The notes under the pieces were generated by a model. That model was not told where the DNA came from. It did no database searches and saw only the letters and a list, made by a program, of their open reading frames with translations. Positions 27,813-36,846 of a stretch of DNA of 64,000 nucleotides are shown one piece after another. The stretch comes from an uncultured Candidatus Saccharibacteria bacterium. Lineage in GTDB: Bacteria; Patescibacteriota; Minisyncoccia; UBA6257; 2-01-FULL-56-20. How positions within the stretch are numbered: the first letter of the stretch is position 1; every line of letters starts with the position of its first letter. The stretch spans positions 49,594 to 113,593 of the forward strand of contig CAYHZA010000002.1 of the NCBI GenBank assembly GCA_964361095.1, written 5' to 3'. The position numbers and the translations under genes are program-made.

Positions 27813-28121
27813 ATGCGTCAAAAAACATTTCTCGAACGTTTGCAGGAGGCGCCCGAATCCGCCAAGCGGAAAACGACGGTTCTCGTAAGCGCCATCGTTA
27901 TGGTCGCTGTAATTTTTGTTTGGCTCACTTATTTTAATAATCTTTTGAGAGATACGAAGAGTCAGCCCGTGCCGGAAATTCAAGGGAGTGAGAGTTTTAC
28001 GTTCTTCCATACGATGCAAAACGGCCTCGCGGTTATTCTGGACAGTTTTGTTTCCGGTATCCGCGGCATCGGTAACGTATTCGTCGGCGGAAGAAGTTCA
28101 ACGGTAACTCCGGAACATTAG
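27813..28121 (+). CDS. hypothetical small membrane protein
   Basis: 102 aa with a single TM helix 'VLVSAIVMVAVIFVWLTYF', 5 bp after the previous stop. Confidence 0.4.
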   Translation: MRQKTFLERLQEAPESAKRKTTVLVSAIVMVAVIFVWLTYFNNLLRDTKSQPVPEIQGSESFTFFHTMQNGLAVILDSFVSGIRGIGNVFVGGRSSTVTPEH

Positions 28122-28137
28122 ATTTTTAATCGAACCA

Positions 28138-30612
28138 ATGGATAACATTGAAAAACGTGAAATTACCAGCGAGCTCCAAGAGGCGTACATCGACTATGCG
28201 ATGTCGGTCATTGTTTCGCGCGCTCTCCCGGATGTGCGCGACGGTTTGAAGCCCGTGCATCGACGTATCTTGTGGGGTATGTGGGACTCGGGTTCAACTG
28301 CCGACGCGAAGCTTAAAAAATCCGCAAATATTGTTGGTGAGGTAATGGGCAAGTACCATCCTCACGGCGATCTTTCTATCTATGACGCGCTGGTTCGGAT
28401 GGCGCAGGATTTTTCTCTGCGGTATCCCTTGGTGCAAGGTCAGGGAAATTTCGGTTCTGTTGACGGCGACAACGCCGCCGCGATGCGGTACACGGAGGTG
28501 CGTCTTGCGCGCATTGCCGACGAACTTTTGCTTGATATAGAAAAAGAAACGGTTGACTGGCAGCCGAACTACGACGGCATTCGCCTTGAGCCAAAGGTGC
28601 TCACCGCAAAGCTTCCTAATCTTCTCTTGGGCGGGAGCGTGGGAATTGCCGTGGGTATGACGACAAATATTCCTCCGCATAATTTAAGCGAAGTGGCGGA
28701 TGCGATCCTTTATTTGGTGGACAATCCGAAGGCGGGGAACGACGATCTTCTTAAATTTATAAAAGGACCCGACTTTCCCACCGGAGGGATTATTTTCGAT
28801 CGTAAGGCGATCGCGCAGGTATACGAGACTGGCCGGGGCACGATAACCATACGGGCAAAAGCGGAGATAGAAGAACGGCATGGTCGTGAAGGCAGTCGCG
28901 CGAGAGGATTCAATATTGTCGCGACCGAAATTCCTTACCAAGTGAACAAAGCCGAGTTGATCGTGAGGATCGCCGAACTGGTACAAAACAAAAAAATAGA
29001 AGGCATCCATGATTTGCGCGATGAATCCGACAAAGACGGTCTTCGCATCGTTATTGAACTTAAAAATGACGCTCCGCCTCAGAAGATCTTAAATCAGCTT
29101 TACCGCCAAACGGATCTCCAGAAAGATTTCCACGCGAATATGATCGCGTTAGTCGGCGGGATTCAGCCGCAGCTGCTCTCCTTGAAAGATATCCTCGTAT
29201 ATTATCTCGAGCATCGCACGGAGGTGGTGCGTCGGCGCGCGCAATTTGATCTGAAGAAAGCCGAAGAGCGCGCTCATATCTTGGAAGGACTCGTCAAAGC
29301 CCTTTCGGTTATTGATCGCATTATCGCGACGATCAAAAAATCAAAAGATCGCGACGAAGCGCATAAAAATTTAGTGAAGAATTTTAAGCTCAGCGATATT
29401 CAAGCGACGGCAATCCTCGAGATGCGCCTTCAGTCTCTCGCGAATCTTGAGCGGCAGAAAATCGAAGATGAACTCAAGGAAAAACTCGCCTTGATCAAAG
29501 AGTTGAATATTATTTTAAAAAACCCAGCGCGTATTTTAAAGATTATTAAAGATGAAGTGAAAGAATTAAAAGATAACTATGGCGACGAGCGAAAAACAAA
29601 GGTGGTGGCGACGGGGCTTACCGAATTCAAAGACGAGGATTTGATTCCCGAAGAGGAGGCGATCATCGCGCTCTCTTCCGGCGGCTACGTAAAGCGTCTC
29701 GCGCCGGATTCGTTTAAGAGCCAGCGCCGCGGCGGCAAGGGGCTTGTCGGTTCGGATGTTGCCGACGAGGATTTCATTACGCATTTTTTGAGCACAAAGA
29801 CGCACGACCAACTTTTGTTCTTCACGGACAGGGGAAGAGTGTTCCAAATCAAAGCGCACGAGATTCCTGCCGCAAGCCGTACCGCGAAGGGGAAAGCGAT
29901 CCACAACTTTCTCGAGCTTCCCACGAACGAGAACATAAGTGCGATTGTAAATTCTCCGAAGCTTGCTTCCGGAGATAAAAGTTCGGAGTATCTCGTCATG
30001 GTGACCCAAGATGGACTGATCAAAAAAACACCGATCGGCGAATTCCAAAATATTCGACGCTCGGGTATTATCGCCCTGGATCTTAAAAAGAATGATCTCT
30101 TGAAATGGGTCGGCATCTCGCACGGGAAAGACGAGGTGGTGCTCACGACGCGAGGCGGTCAGGCGATCCGATTCAAAGAAACACAGATTCGTTCCATGGG
30201 CCGGAGCGCCGCCGGCGTGCGCGCGATTCGTCTTCGAAGTGGCGATCATGTTGCCGGGTTTGATATAATAAAAGATAAGAAGTCGGAAAAGCAGGAAGAG
30301 CAGCCAAAGGGCGTGAACCGCTTGGTAGTGGTGATGGAAAATGGCTTCGCGAAGCAGACGGCTCTTACGCAGTATAAAGTACAGAATCGCGGCGGTTCCG
30401 GAATCAAGACTGCGAAGATTACGAAGAAAACAGGTTCCATTATTTCGAGCAAGGTAGTGCGCGAAGAAACCGAGATTTTCGCTCTCTCGGCAAAAGGCCA
30501 GGTAATTCGGACGGAACTCTCAAGTGTGCGCATGACGGGTCGCGCCGCGCAGGGTGTGCGGATCATGAATCTTAAGAGCGGTGATCGGCTGGCGGGAATC
30601 GTAATCGTTTAG
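28138..30612 (+). CDS. gyrA: DNA gyrase subunit A
   Basis: 'YAMSVIVSRALPDVRDGLKPVHRRILW', active-site region 'AAAMRYTE', and C-terminal beta-pinwheel repeats. Confidence 0.9.
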   Translation: MDNIEKREITSELQEAYIDYAMSVIVSRALPDVRDGLKPVHRRILWGMWDSGSTADAKLKKSANIVGEVMGKYHPHGDLSIYDALVRMAQDFSLRYPLVQGQGNFGSVDGDNAAAMRYTEVRLARIADELLLDIEKETVDWQPNYDGIRLEPKVLTAKLPNLLLGGSVGIAVGMTTNIPPHNLSEVADAILYLVDNPKAGNDDLLKFIKGPDFPTGGIIFDRKAIAQVYETGRGTITIRAKAEIEERHGREGSRARGFNIVATEIPYQVNKAELIVRIAELVQNKKIEGIHDLRDESDKDGLRIVIELKNDAPPQKILNQLYRQTDLQKDFHANMIALVGGIQPQLLSLKDILVYYLEHRTEVVRRRAQFDLKKAEERAHILEGLVKALSVIDRIIATIKKSKDRDEAHKNLVKNFKLSDIQATAILEMRLQSLANLERQKIEDELKEKLALIKELNIILKNPARILKIIKDEVKELKDNYGDERKTKVVATGLTEFKDEDLIPEEEAIIALSSGGYVKRLAPDSFKSQRRGGKGLVGSDVADEDFITHFLSTKTHDQLLFFTDRGRVFQIKAHEIPAASRTAKGKAIHNFLELPTNENISAIVNSPKLASGDKSSEYLVMVTQDGLIKKTPIGEFQNIRRSGIIALDLKKNDLLKWVGISHGKDEVVLTTRGGQAIRFKETQIRSMGRSAAGVRAIRLRSGDHVAGFDIIKDKKSEKQEEQPKGVNRLVVVMENGFAKQTALTQYKVQNRGGSGIKTAKITKKTGSIISSKVVREETEIFALSAKGQVIRTELSSVRMTGRAAQGVRIMNLKSGDRLAGIVIV

Positions 30613-30638
30613 AAGAATACAAGTAATATTTTTTTTAA

Positions 30639-31964
30639 ATGCCAACACTTCCGGATCTCTCGAACATTCCCCGACGGCAGGTATTTATTGTTGGAACATT
30701 TTTCGCCGCCATCATTCTTGGCGTTCTCTTGTGGTTTGGTCTTCGTCCTCCTGCCATCGACCCGAACACACAGGGAGATCTTACGATGTGGGGTGTTCTC
30801 GACGCGAATCAGATGAAAAGTTTTATCGACGAAGTACAGAGGAGTTTACCGGGCATCAAGGTGCAGTATCGAGAAGTTGATAAGGAGAGCTATGATGCAA
30901 CATTAGTGGATGCTTTAGCCGCGGGCGAGGGTCCGGATATTTTTATGGTTTCCGATCGCGATTTGCCCCGACAGATCGGGAAAATCCAGCCCCTCCTTCC
31001 CGAACAATTCGGCATTCCGCGATTGCGGGAGTTTTTCCCGGCGGTGGTAGAGGAGCAGTTCGCGGATAAGGACGGCAAGATATACGGCCTTCCTTTGTAT
31101 CTCGACACGCTTCTCCTGCTCTATAACAAAGAACTTTTTGATCAGGCCGGTATCGTGGGGCCGCCGAAGACGTGGAGCGCGTTTGAAAAAATCGTGCCGA
31201 GTTTACGTTCGGTCGGACAGAACGGAAATATCTTGCAATCGGCGGCGGCGATCGGCGGAACCAAAGAATCCATCGCGACCGCGGTTGATCTTTTAAATCT
31301 TTTAATGATCCAAGGCGGCGCTCCGATGACAAGCTTGGATCGAAGGAGGGCGCTTTTTTCCAATATGACGAGCGAAGGGGGATCAGGTCAGGCCGCTTTT
31401 GATTTTTACACAAAATTTGGCACGACGGCATCGCCGGTTTATACATGGAACGACGCGCAAGGTGACTCCATCGAAAGCTTTACCGCCGGAAAGACCGCGA
31501 TGATTTTTGACTATTGGGAGAGGATATTCGAAATTCAAAAAAAGGCGCCCTTTTTGAAGATGCGTGCTGCTTCCATGCCCCAGCTTTCAAGCACGCAATC
31601 GATAAATTATCCCCATTACTGGGCACTTACGGTATCGCGTCAGAGCCGCAAACAGATTCCGGCATGGAATTTTATTATTAAGGCGACAACCGATTCGACG
31701 CTCGCGTATAATTTTTTCAAAGTTTCTAAACTTCCTCCGGCATTAAACAGTATCATCGCTTCGGTTCCTGCGTCGTCGGAATACTACGTGCCCGTACGAC
31801 AGGCACTCACGGCGCGTTCGTGGTACGAAGTGAGCGGCCGCGAGATAGACAATATTTTTTCTCGCGCCATCTCCCGCGCCGTAACGGGGCAAGCGACTCA
31901 GTCGAAGGCGCTCAAAGAGGCCGAAGATCAAATCTCGGAATTAATGAGGACACGACGACAATAA
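30639..31964 (+). CDS. extracellular solute-binding protein (ABC-type, family 1) with an N-terminal membrane anchor
   Basis: 441 aa with an N-terminal TM then SBP_bac_1-like 'YGLPLYLDTLLLLYNKELFDQAGIVGPPKTWSAF'. No adjacent permease or ATPase. Confidence 0.65.
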   Translation: MPTLPDLSNIPRRQVFIVGTFFAAIILGVLLWFGLRPPAIDPNTQGDLTMWGVLDANQMKSFIDEVQRSLPGIKVQYREVDKESYDATLVDALAAGEGPDIFMVSDRDLPRQIGKIQPLLPEQFGIPRLREFFPAVVEEQFADKDGKIYGLPLYLDTLLLLYNKELFDQAGIVGPPKTWSAFEKIVPSLRSVGQNGNILQSAAAIGGTKESIATAVDLLNLLMIQGGAPMTSLDRRRALFSNMTSEGGSGQAAFDFYTKFGTTASPVYTWNDAQGDSIESFTAGKTAMIFDYWERIFEIQKKAPFLKMRAASMPQLSSTQSINYPHYWALTVSRQSRKQIPAWNFIIKATTDSTLAYNFFKVSKLPPALNSIIASVPASSEYYVPVRQALTARSWYEVSGREIDNIFSRAISRAVTGQATQSKALKEAEDQISELMRTRRQ

Positions 31965-31968
31965 CGCA

Positions 31969-32952
31969 ATGAACCGCCACACGCGATACTTCATTTTTTT
32001 CTTCGCGATTCTTCTCTTCTTTTTTGTTGTGCCGTTTGCGGCAGAGGCCGTGGGCTTTCCCTATTGGGGTACGAATCCCCCGATTCTTCCCTGCGGCTAT
32101 AGCGGTGGGCCTCCCTGTACGGATCTCTGTCAGATGGTTCAGCTAGGACAGAATGTTGTGTTTTTCGGTATGACGCTTGTTGTCTTTGCTCTCGCGCCGA
32201 TATTTATCGCGTGGGGAGGCATTGAGCTCATGATCGGAGCATCTTCTTTGGTGGATATCGGCGGTGGATCAAAAGAAAAAGTAAGTCATGGAAAAAAGAC
32301 GATCAAAAGCGCGATTGTGGGGCTCGTGCTCGCGCTTGGCGCGTTTGTAATCGTAAATACCTTTATAACATTTTTGGGAATATCGATCGGCGGAGCGGGC
32401 GGGTGGGCAAGTTTTCAATGTACCGTTCTCGAGCTTCCTCCGCCTCCCGCGCCCATAGTGCCCCCTGGGGGAATAACACCTCCTCCCGGTGTTTCTCTGG
32501 GAACCGGATGGTCGGGAGCGGTTATCCCTCCGGGAACATTGGATGACGCGACGGCACGGAATCAATTGAGGGCTGCCGGCATTGAGGTGACAAGTTCTAA
32601 CGGTTCTAATAGCAACTGCACGAGTGCGGGTCAGACGAACTGCACAAGCTTGAGCGGTTTGCCGCAATTGGCTGTTGATAACCTTATCGCTTTGAAGAGC
32701 GACTGCAAATGCGCGCTTACTGTAACCGCGGGCACCGAGGCGGGGCACGCAACACACGGCATGGGAAAGAGCATCGTTGACGTGCGCGCGGACAATAAGG
32801 TTACGTCCTATCTTCAGAATGAAATTCGTGCCGCGAATCCACATATTTCGGCGATCCTTCCCGATACGTATTATTCGATAGGCAATGAACGCTATCGTTA
32901 CGAACCCCCCGATAAGCCCGGCGAGGGACCGCACTGGCATGTCGAATTCTGA
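31969..32952 (+). CDS. pilin-like (VirB2/TrbC-like T4SS-pilin fold) N-domain fused to a Pro-rich linker and a C-terminal Cys-containing globular domain
   Basis: The N-terminal 110 aa are paralogous to the three downstream small proteins (TM, 'IAWGGIELMIG', second TM). Then comes 'PPPPAPIVPPGGITPPPG' and about 170 aa ending 'GEGPHWHVEF'. Confidence 0.5.
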   Translation: MNRHTRYFIFFFAILLFFFVVPFAAEAVGFPYWGTNPPILPCGYSGGPPCTDLCQMVQLGQNVVFFGMTLVVFALAPIFIAWGGIELMIGASSLVDIGGGSKEKVSHGKKTIKSAIVGLVLALGAFVIVNTFITFLGISIGGAGGWASFQCTVLELPPPPAPIVPPGGITPPPGVSLGTGWSGAVIPPGTLDDATARNQLRAAGIEVTSSNGSNSNCTSAGQTNCTSLSGLPQLAVDNLIALKSDCKCALTVTAGTEAGHATHGMGKSIVDVRADNKVTSYLQNEIRAANPHISAILPDTYYSIGNERYRYEPPDKPGEGPHWHVEF

Positions 32953-32994
32953 TTCCCCGCGTGGAAGGGCATATGATAGAATATAGATACGATT

Positions 32995-33372
32995 ATGTAT
33001 AAATTATTTTTTACGATTGCCTCAGGAGTTCTTCCTTTCACCTCTCGCGTGTTTGCGAGTAGTTCCAGCGGACCGACTTCCGGCGGACCGGTTGGAGGAG
33101 GTAGTAATACGGAAATTACAATTCCAAACCCCTTAGGAAGCGAAAGTTTTCTCGATATTGCCCAGCGAATAATTGATGCATTATTTCGCATCTCCATTCC
33201 CATCGCGGCGATTATGGTTCTCGTGGGTGGGTTTCAGATCATGACCGCGGGTGGAGATCCAAAAAAAGTTACGAACGGCAGAAACACGCTCATTTACGCC
33301 GCGATCGGTTTCGCGGTGGTTTTGCTCGCGAGCTCGGTTGCCGCGGTTGTTCAGAGTGTGTTAAAACCATAG
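32995..33372 (+). CDS. T4SS-pilin-like small membrane protein (VirB2/TrbC-like; CPR 'T4SS pilin' family)
   Basis: Signal/TM, 'PIAAIMVLVGGFQIMTAGGDPKKVTNGRNTLIYAAIGFAVVLLA'. Paralog 1 of 3. Confidence 0.55.
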   Translation: MYKLFFTIASGVLPFTSRVFASSSSGPTSGGPVGGGSNTEITIPNPLGSESFLDIAQRIIDALFRISIPIAAIMVLVGGFQIMTAGGDPKKVTNGRNTLIYAAIGFAVVLLASSVAAVVQSVLKP

Positions 33373-33378
33373 AAACCT

Positions 33379-33741
33379 ATGAGAGAAAATTTTTTGAAAT
33401 ATTCACCGGAGCTCATCGCTGTTTTATTTGTGCTCTTCACCTTCGCGCGTTTCGTGGGAGCGGCGCCGCTTTTGAATGATGTTACTGATGTAGAGAAACT
33501 CCTCTGCCGGATTTTTGGCTATGTATTCACCATCTTCATAATTTTGAGTTTGATTATGACGCTCTGGGCGGCGTTTCTTTATCTTACCGCCGGAGGCGAG
33601 CCGGAAAAGATAAAAACCGCGGGGAGGACGCTTATGTATGTCGCGGTCGCCGTTGCGGTCGCTTTAATTGCGAGGGGATTCCCGCGGATTATTTTGAGTT
33701 TATTCCCTAGCGGCAATCCTCAGCAGTTGATTGGGTGTTAG
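33379..33741 (+). CDS. T4SS-pilin-like small membrane protein, paralog 2
   Basis: 'IFIILSLIMTLWAAFLYLTAGGEPEKIKTAGRTLMYVAVAVAVALIA'. Confidence 0.55.
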   Translation: MRENFLKYSPELIAVLFVLFTFARFVGAAPLLNDVTDVEKLLCRIFGYVFTIFIILSLIMTLWAAFLYLTAGGEPEKIKTAGRTLMYVAVAVAVALIARGFPRIILSLFPSGNPQQLIGC

Positions 33742-33808
33742 CGTTTTTTATGGAATATCGTATAATGAAGCCAAGCTTAAAAGGTCGAAATTATAACTTT
33801 TTTGAAGC

Positions 33809-34201
33809 ATGTATACTATGAAAAAACGACTCATTCAAATTGCCGGTCCGGTTATCGCAACAATGATCGGGCTTTCACCGGTTTTATCGAGCGCGCAAAC
33901 GCAAGACGTACCTCAGGCTCCTATTACCGATGTGCGTGGTGTTTTTGACTTTCTCTGTGGAATATTCGGATTGTTTTTCACGCTCTTTATTATCGCCTCG
34001 ATTATTTTGGTGCTTTGGGCGGCATTTAAGTATTTGACCGCAGGTGGAGATCCGGAAAAGGTAAAGAGCGCAAACCATTCGTTAATTTATGCCGCGGTAG
34101 CGGTTGTGGTGGCGCTTTTGTCTCGTGGATTTCCATTTATCATCAACTCCCTTTTCTCGGGAGGCGGTGGAGGCGGTGGTCTGACGAGTGCGTGTTCTTA
34201 A
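33809..34201 (+). CDS. T4SS-pilin-like small membrane protein, paralog 3, Gly-rich C-terminal tail
   Basis: 'LFIIASIILVLWAAFKYLTAGGDPEKVKSANHSLIYAAVAVVVALLS...GGGGGGGLTSACS'. Confidence 0.55.
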   Translation: MYTMKKRLIQIAGPVIATMIGLSPVLSSAQTQDVPQAPITDVRGVFDFLCGIFGLFFTLFIIASIILVLWAAFKYLTAGGDPEKVKSANHSLIYAAVAVVVALLSRGFPFIINSLFSGGGGGGGLTSACS

Positions 34202-34304
34202 ATTTATTTTAGGTTTTTGACAAAGAAAAAAGACCCTCGGGAGATGTTCTTCCCGGGGGTCTTTTGCTTGACCCTTTTACATTACTCCACAAGGAGACGC
34301 CGGG

Positions 34305-35570
34305 TCATGAGCTTCTCCTCATTGAGGTTTGAGAGGGGTTGTCTCCCAAGAGATCGTCGCGGAGTCCGCGGATCTCCACATCTTCGGGTCCCAGGTTCAA
34401 AATAGAAAACTCAGGACCTATATCCTTCCCGTTTTCCGGAAAGTCGATGTAGTCGGTGCCCTTCGCACCTCTTATTCTTATGGTCGCGTTGGGCTTAACT
34501 CCTCCTTCCTCGCTTACTTTTACAAAGAACAAATGGCTTCCCCCGTTGAAGCGCAGGCACTCGCCGGCGCGCACGGTGAAAAGAATTTCCGGACGCATTG
34601 ATATATCCGTGTCTTCGGAATCGTCGCAGTTTCGCTTCTCCGAATCTTCCAAGGTTACTGTCGGATGCGCTCTCCGGTCTCGGAGTACGTCAGACATCAT
34701 CAGAGGAGATTCTCCAAAAGAAGCATTTTCTTCTGGAGCTTCGAGTGAGACTATCGCAGTAATGGGTACATCACCCAACGGACAAATGCGGAATTCACTA
34801 AGAGGAATTCCGACACGTGTTTCTCGAGCTGTTCTTCCGGGTTTTTCTTCCCAGAGAGTATCGTGCGGACCCACGTATCTTTTCCGCCCGTTCCAATACC
34901 ACTCGACGTATCCCACTCGCGGCTCCACCTTGATTTTAAGGTAAGGGCGCGCATTGGGATGAGATGCATCGTGGTAGAGAAGCGATATTGTGCCACTACA
35001 CGTGAAGGGAGAAACATTGATTGTCTTTGTTTCGTTCACGGCAATCAAGGTGTTCGTTTCTCCTGTGGGCCACTTTTCGAGATCGCGTCCTCTCCACTCG
35101 AGCTTCACCCACTCGGGAATGATTGTGCCGCCGAGCGCCGCATAGCCCAGAAGAGCTATGACGCACGCGACGAACGCAATCTTTCCCCAGCTGAAGTTCC
35201 AGCTTATGACACCTCTCTTTTCTTTCCCGTCCTCCGCCTTTCCCTCTTCGGCAAGGAGCTTTGCGCGCCTATATCGAAAGAGTATCGTGCCGACGAAGAG
35301 GAAAAGAATAATCCCACCGAACAAAAATCCCAAGACCCAAGAGAGCACATTGTATCTCCAAACAAAGAAGATGATGCTTATCGCTCCCGCGATAAGAAAA
35401 AAAATCATCCCTTTTGACGTCCCCGCTGGTTTCGCCTTTTGCTGTGGTTTGGCAGTACTCTGCTGTTGGGTTTTGCTCTGACGTTGAATGACGCGATATA
35501 TCCACGTCACGGAGAACATGATGATTGTCACCGAAATGACAATCCCCGTAATCCACATGAAATTATTCAC
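34305..35570 (-). CDS. hypothetical polytopic membrane protein with a large extracytoplasmic domain
   Basis: 421 aa with multiple TM helices. Its start overlaps the stop of the upstream SPFH gene (ATGA), suggesting an operon. Confidence 0.5.
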   Translation of the reverse strand: MNNFMWITGIVISVTIIMFSVTWIYRVIQRQSKTQQQSTAKPQQKAKPAGTSKGMIFFLIAGAISIIFFVWRYNVLSWVLGFLFGGIILFLFVGTILFRYRRAKLLAEEGKAEDGKEKRGVISWNFSWGKIAFVACVIALLGYAALGGTIIPEWVKLEWRGRDLEKWPTGETNTLIAVNETKTINVSPFTCSGTISLLYHDASHPNARPYLKIKVEPRVGYVEWYWNGRKRYVGPHDTLWEEKPGRTARETRVGIPLSEFRICPLGDVPITAIVSLEAPEENASFGESPLMMSDVLRDRRAHPTVTLEDSEKRNCDDSEDTDISMRPEILFTVRAGECLRFNGGSHLFFVKVSEEGGVKPNATIRIRGAKGTDYIDFPENGKDIGPEFSILNLGPEDVEIRGLRDDLLGDNPSQTSMRRSS

Positions 35571-36586
35571 GATTTGTTTCCTCCAAGGAGAGACTTCAGG
35601 ATGTCACCGATAGGAGATGAAACAAGAACGGTGTTCCCCGCGCCTGCGGCTGTTTTTTCAAGTGCCTCGGCGGCGAGGTTCTCTTGCTCCTGTCCCGGTT
35701 TCCAGATTACATCTCTGCGCTTACGTTCCGCATCGGCCTTGAGCTGCATCGCCTCGGCTATTCCCTCGGCTTCGATGATGGTTCGTCTTTTTTCTTGTTT
35801 AGTCTTGAATTCGAGAGTCGCGGCTTCTTCGTGTTCTTTGGCAAGTTTGCCCGAGAGCGCATAGTCCCGCACCTCGAGTTTGACCACCTCGACGCCGTAA
35901 TCTCTTTTGAATTCATCGAAGATCGCTGCGAGAGACGGATTCGCGGCGCTGATGTCCCCTTTCTGGGTTTCATCATAGCTGTTGGATTTGACGTAGTCTC
36001 GTATGATCGGCTGGGTTCGAAGGAGAACTGCGTCAAGCCATCGGTGTACCTTGAAAAGCGCCTTGTGGGGATTCACGATGCGAATCGTGAGGACATATTT
36101 TACGTCTACTTGAAGCAGGTCTGATGTTTCGGCACCCGTTAATACGTCCGTGTACGGGGTGTGCTTCACGTAAACATGCCGCAACATCTCGTTGTGATAT
36201 TCGTCCACGTCTTGGAGTATGCCCCCTACCTCTTTCTTTTTTGTGGTGACCCACGTGAAACGGTAAGCGTACACTTCATGGAATGGAGGAAAACCAATCC
36301 ATCTGATGTGTTCGAGCCATCCCCCAAAGAGATGATGCTTCAATTTAGTGGTCAGTGTTGATGGGGAGCTTGTGCATACAACTTCCCCATCTTTATCGAG
36401 CTCGAATCCCTGGTAGTTCATGATGGCCCTCAAGAACTTGCCGTTCTTGAGGATTGCTCTCGCGCTCCCTTCCTGGACTGTTGTCCAGAACATGTGAACG
36501 CTTGCGAGTGCCGCGATGAGCAATGCCGAACCGTAGAGAAGAACGATCATGGTGACCGCAACAACTACTACAATAGCGATGAACAT
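35567..36586 (-). CDS. SPFH/band-7 (stomatin/HflK-C-like) domain membrane protein
   Basis: N-terminal TM, band-7 core, and a C-terminal coiled coil 'EFKTKQEKRRTIIEAEGIAEAMQLKADAERKRRD'. Confidence 0.65.
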   Translation of the reverse strand: MFIAIVVVVAVTMIVLLYGSALLIAALASVHMFWTTVQEGSARAILKNGKFLRAIMNYQGFELDKDGEVVCTSSPSTLTTKLKHHLFGGWLEHIRWIGFPPFHEVYAYRFTWVTTKKKEVGGILQDVDEYHNEMLRHVYVKHTPYTDVLTGAETSDLLQVDVKYVLTIRIVNPHKALFKVHRWLDAVLLRTQPIIRDYVKSNSYDETQKGDISAANPSLAAIFDEFKRDYGVEVVKLEVRDYALSGKLAKEHEEAATLEFKTKQEKRRTIIEAEGIAEAMQLKADAERKRRDVIWKPGQEQENLAAEALEKTAAGAGNTVLVSSPIGDILKSLLGGNKS

Positions 36587-36741
36587 CTCTGCTCCTTATG
36601 TGAAAGTTATTCGTTCCGATATTCGGTTATAAATGAGCTTTGGCGTCGAGACCTATTCTCGGCCAATTGTGAATAAACTACCATAAATACTACTCTTTGT
36701 CAAATCAAAAAAAGCTGGTATACTAGGTATATGTCAGGTCT

Positions 36742-36822
36742 GGGCAGGTGGCGAAATGGCAAACGCACTAGCTTTAGGAGCTAGCGCCGCAAGGCTTGTG
36801 GGTTCAAGTCCCACCCTGCCCA
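36742..36822 (+). tRNA. tRNA-Leu(TAG), class II with a long variable arm
   Basis: GGGCAGG-TG-GCG-AAATGGCAAA-CGC-A-CTAGC-TTTAGGA-GCTAG-CGCCGCAAGGCTT-GTGGG-TTCAAGT-CCCAC-CCTGCCC-A. Confidence 0.8.
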
Positions 36823-36846
36823 CAAAAAGAGACCCCCAATTCGTTC

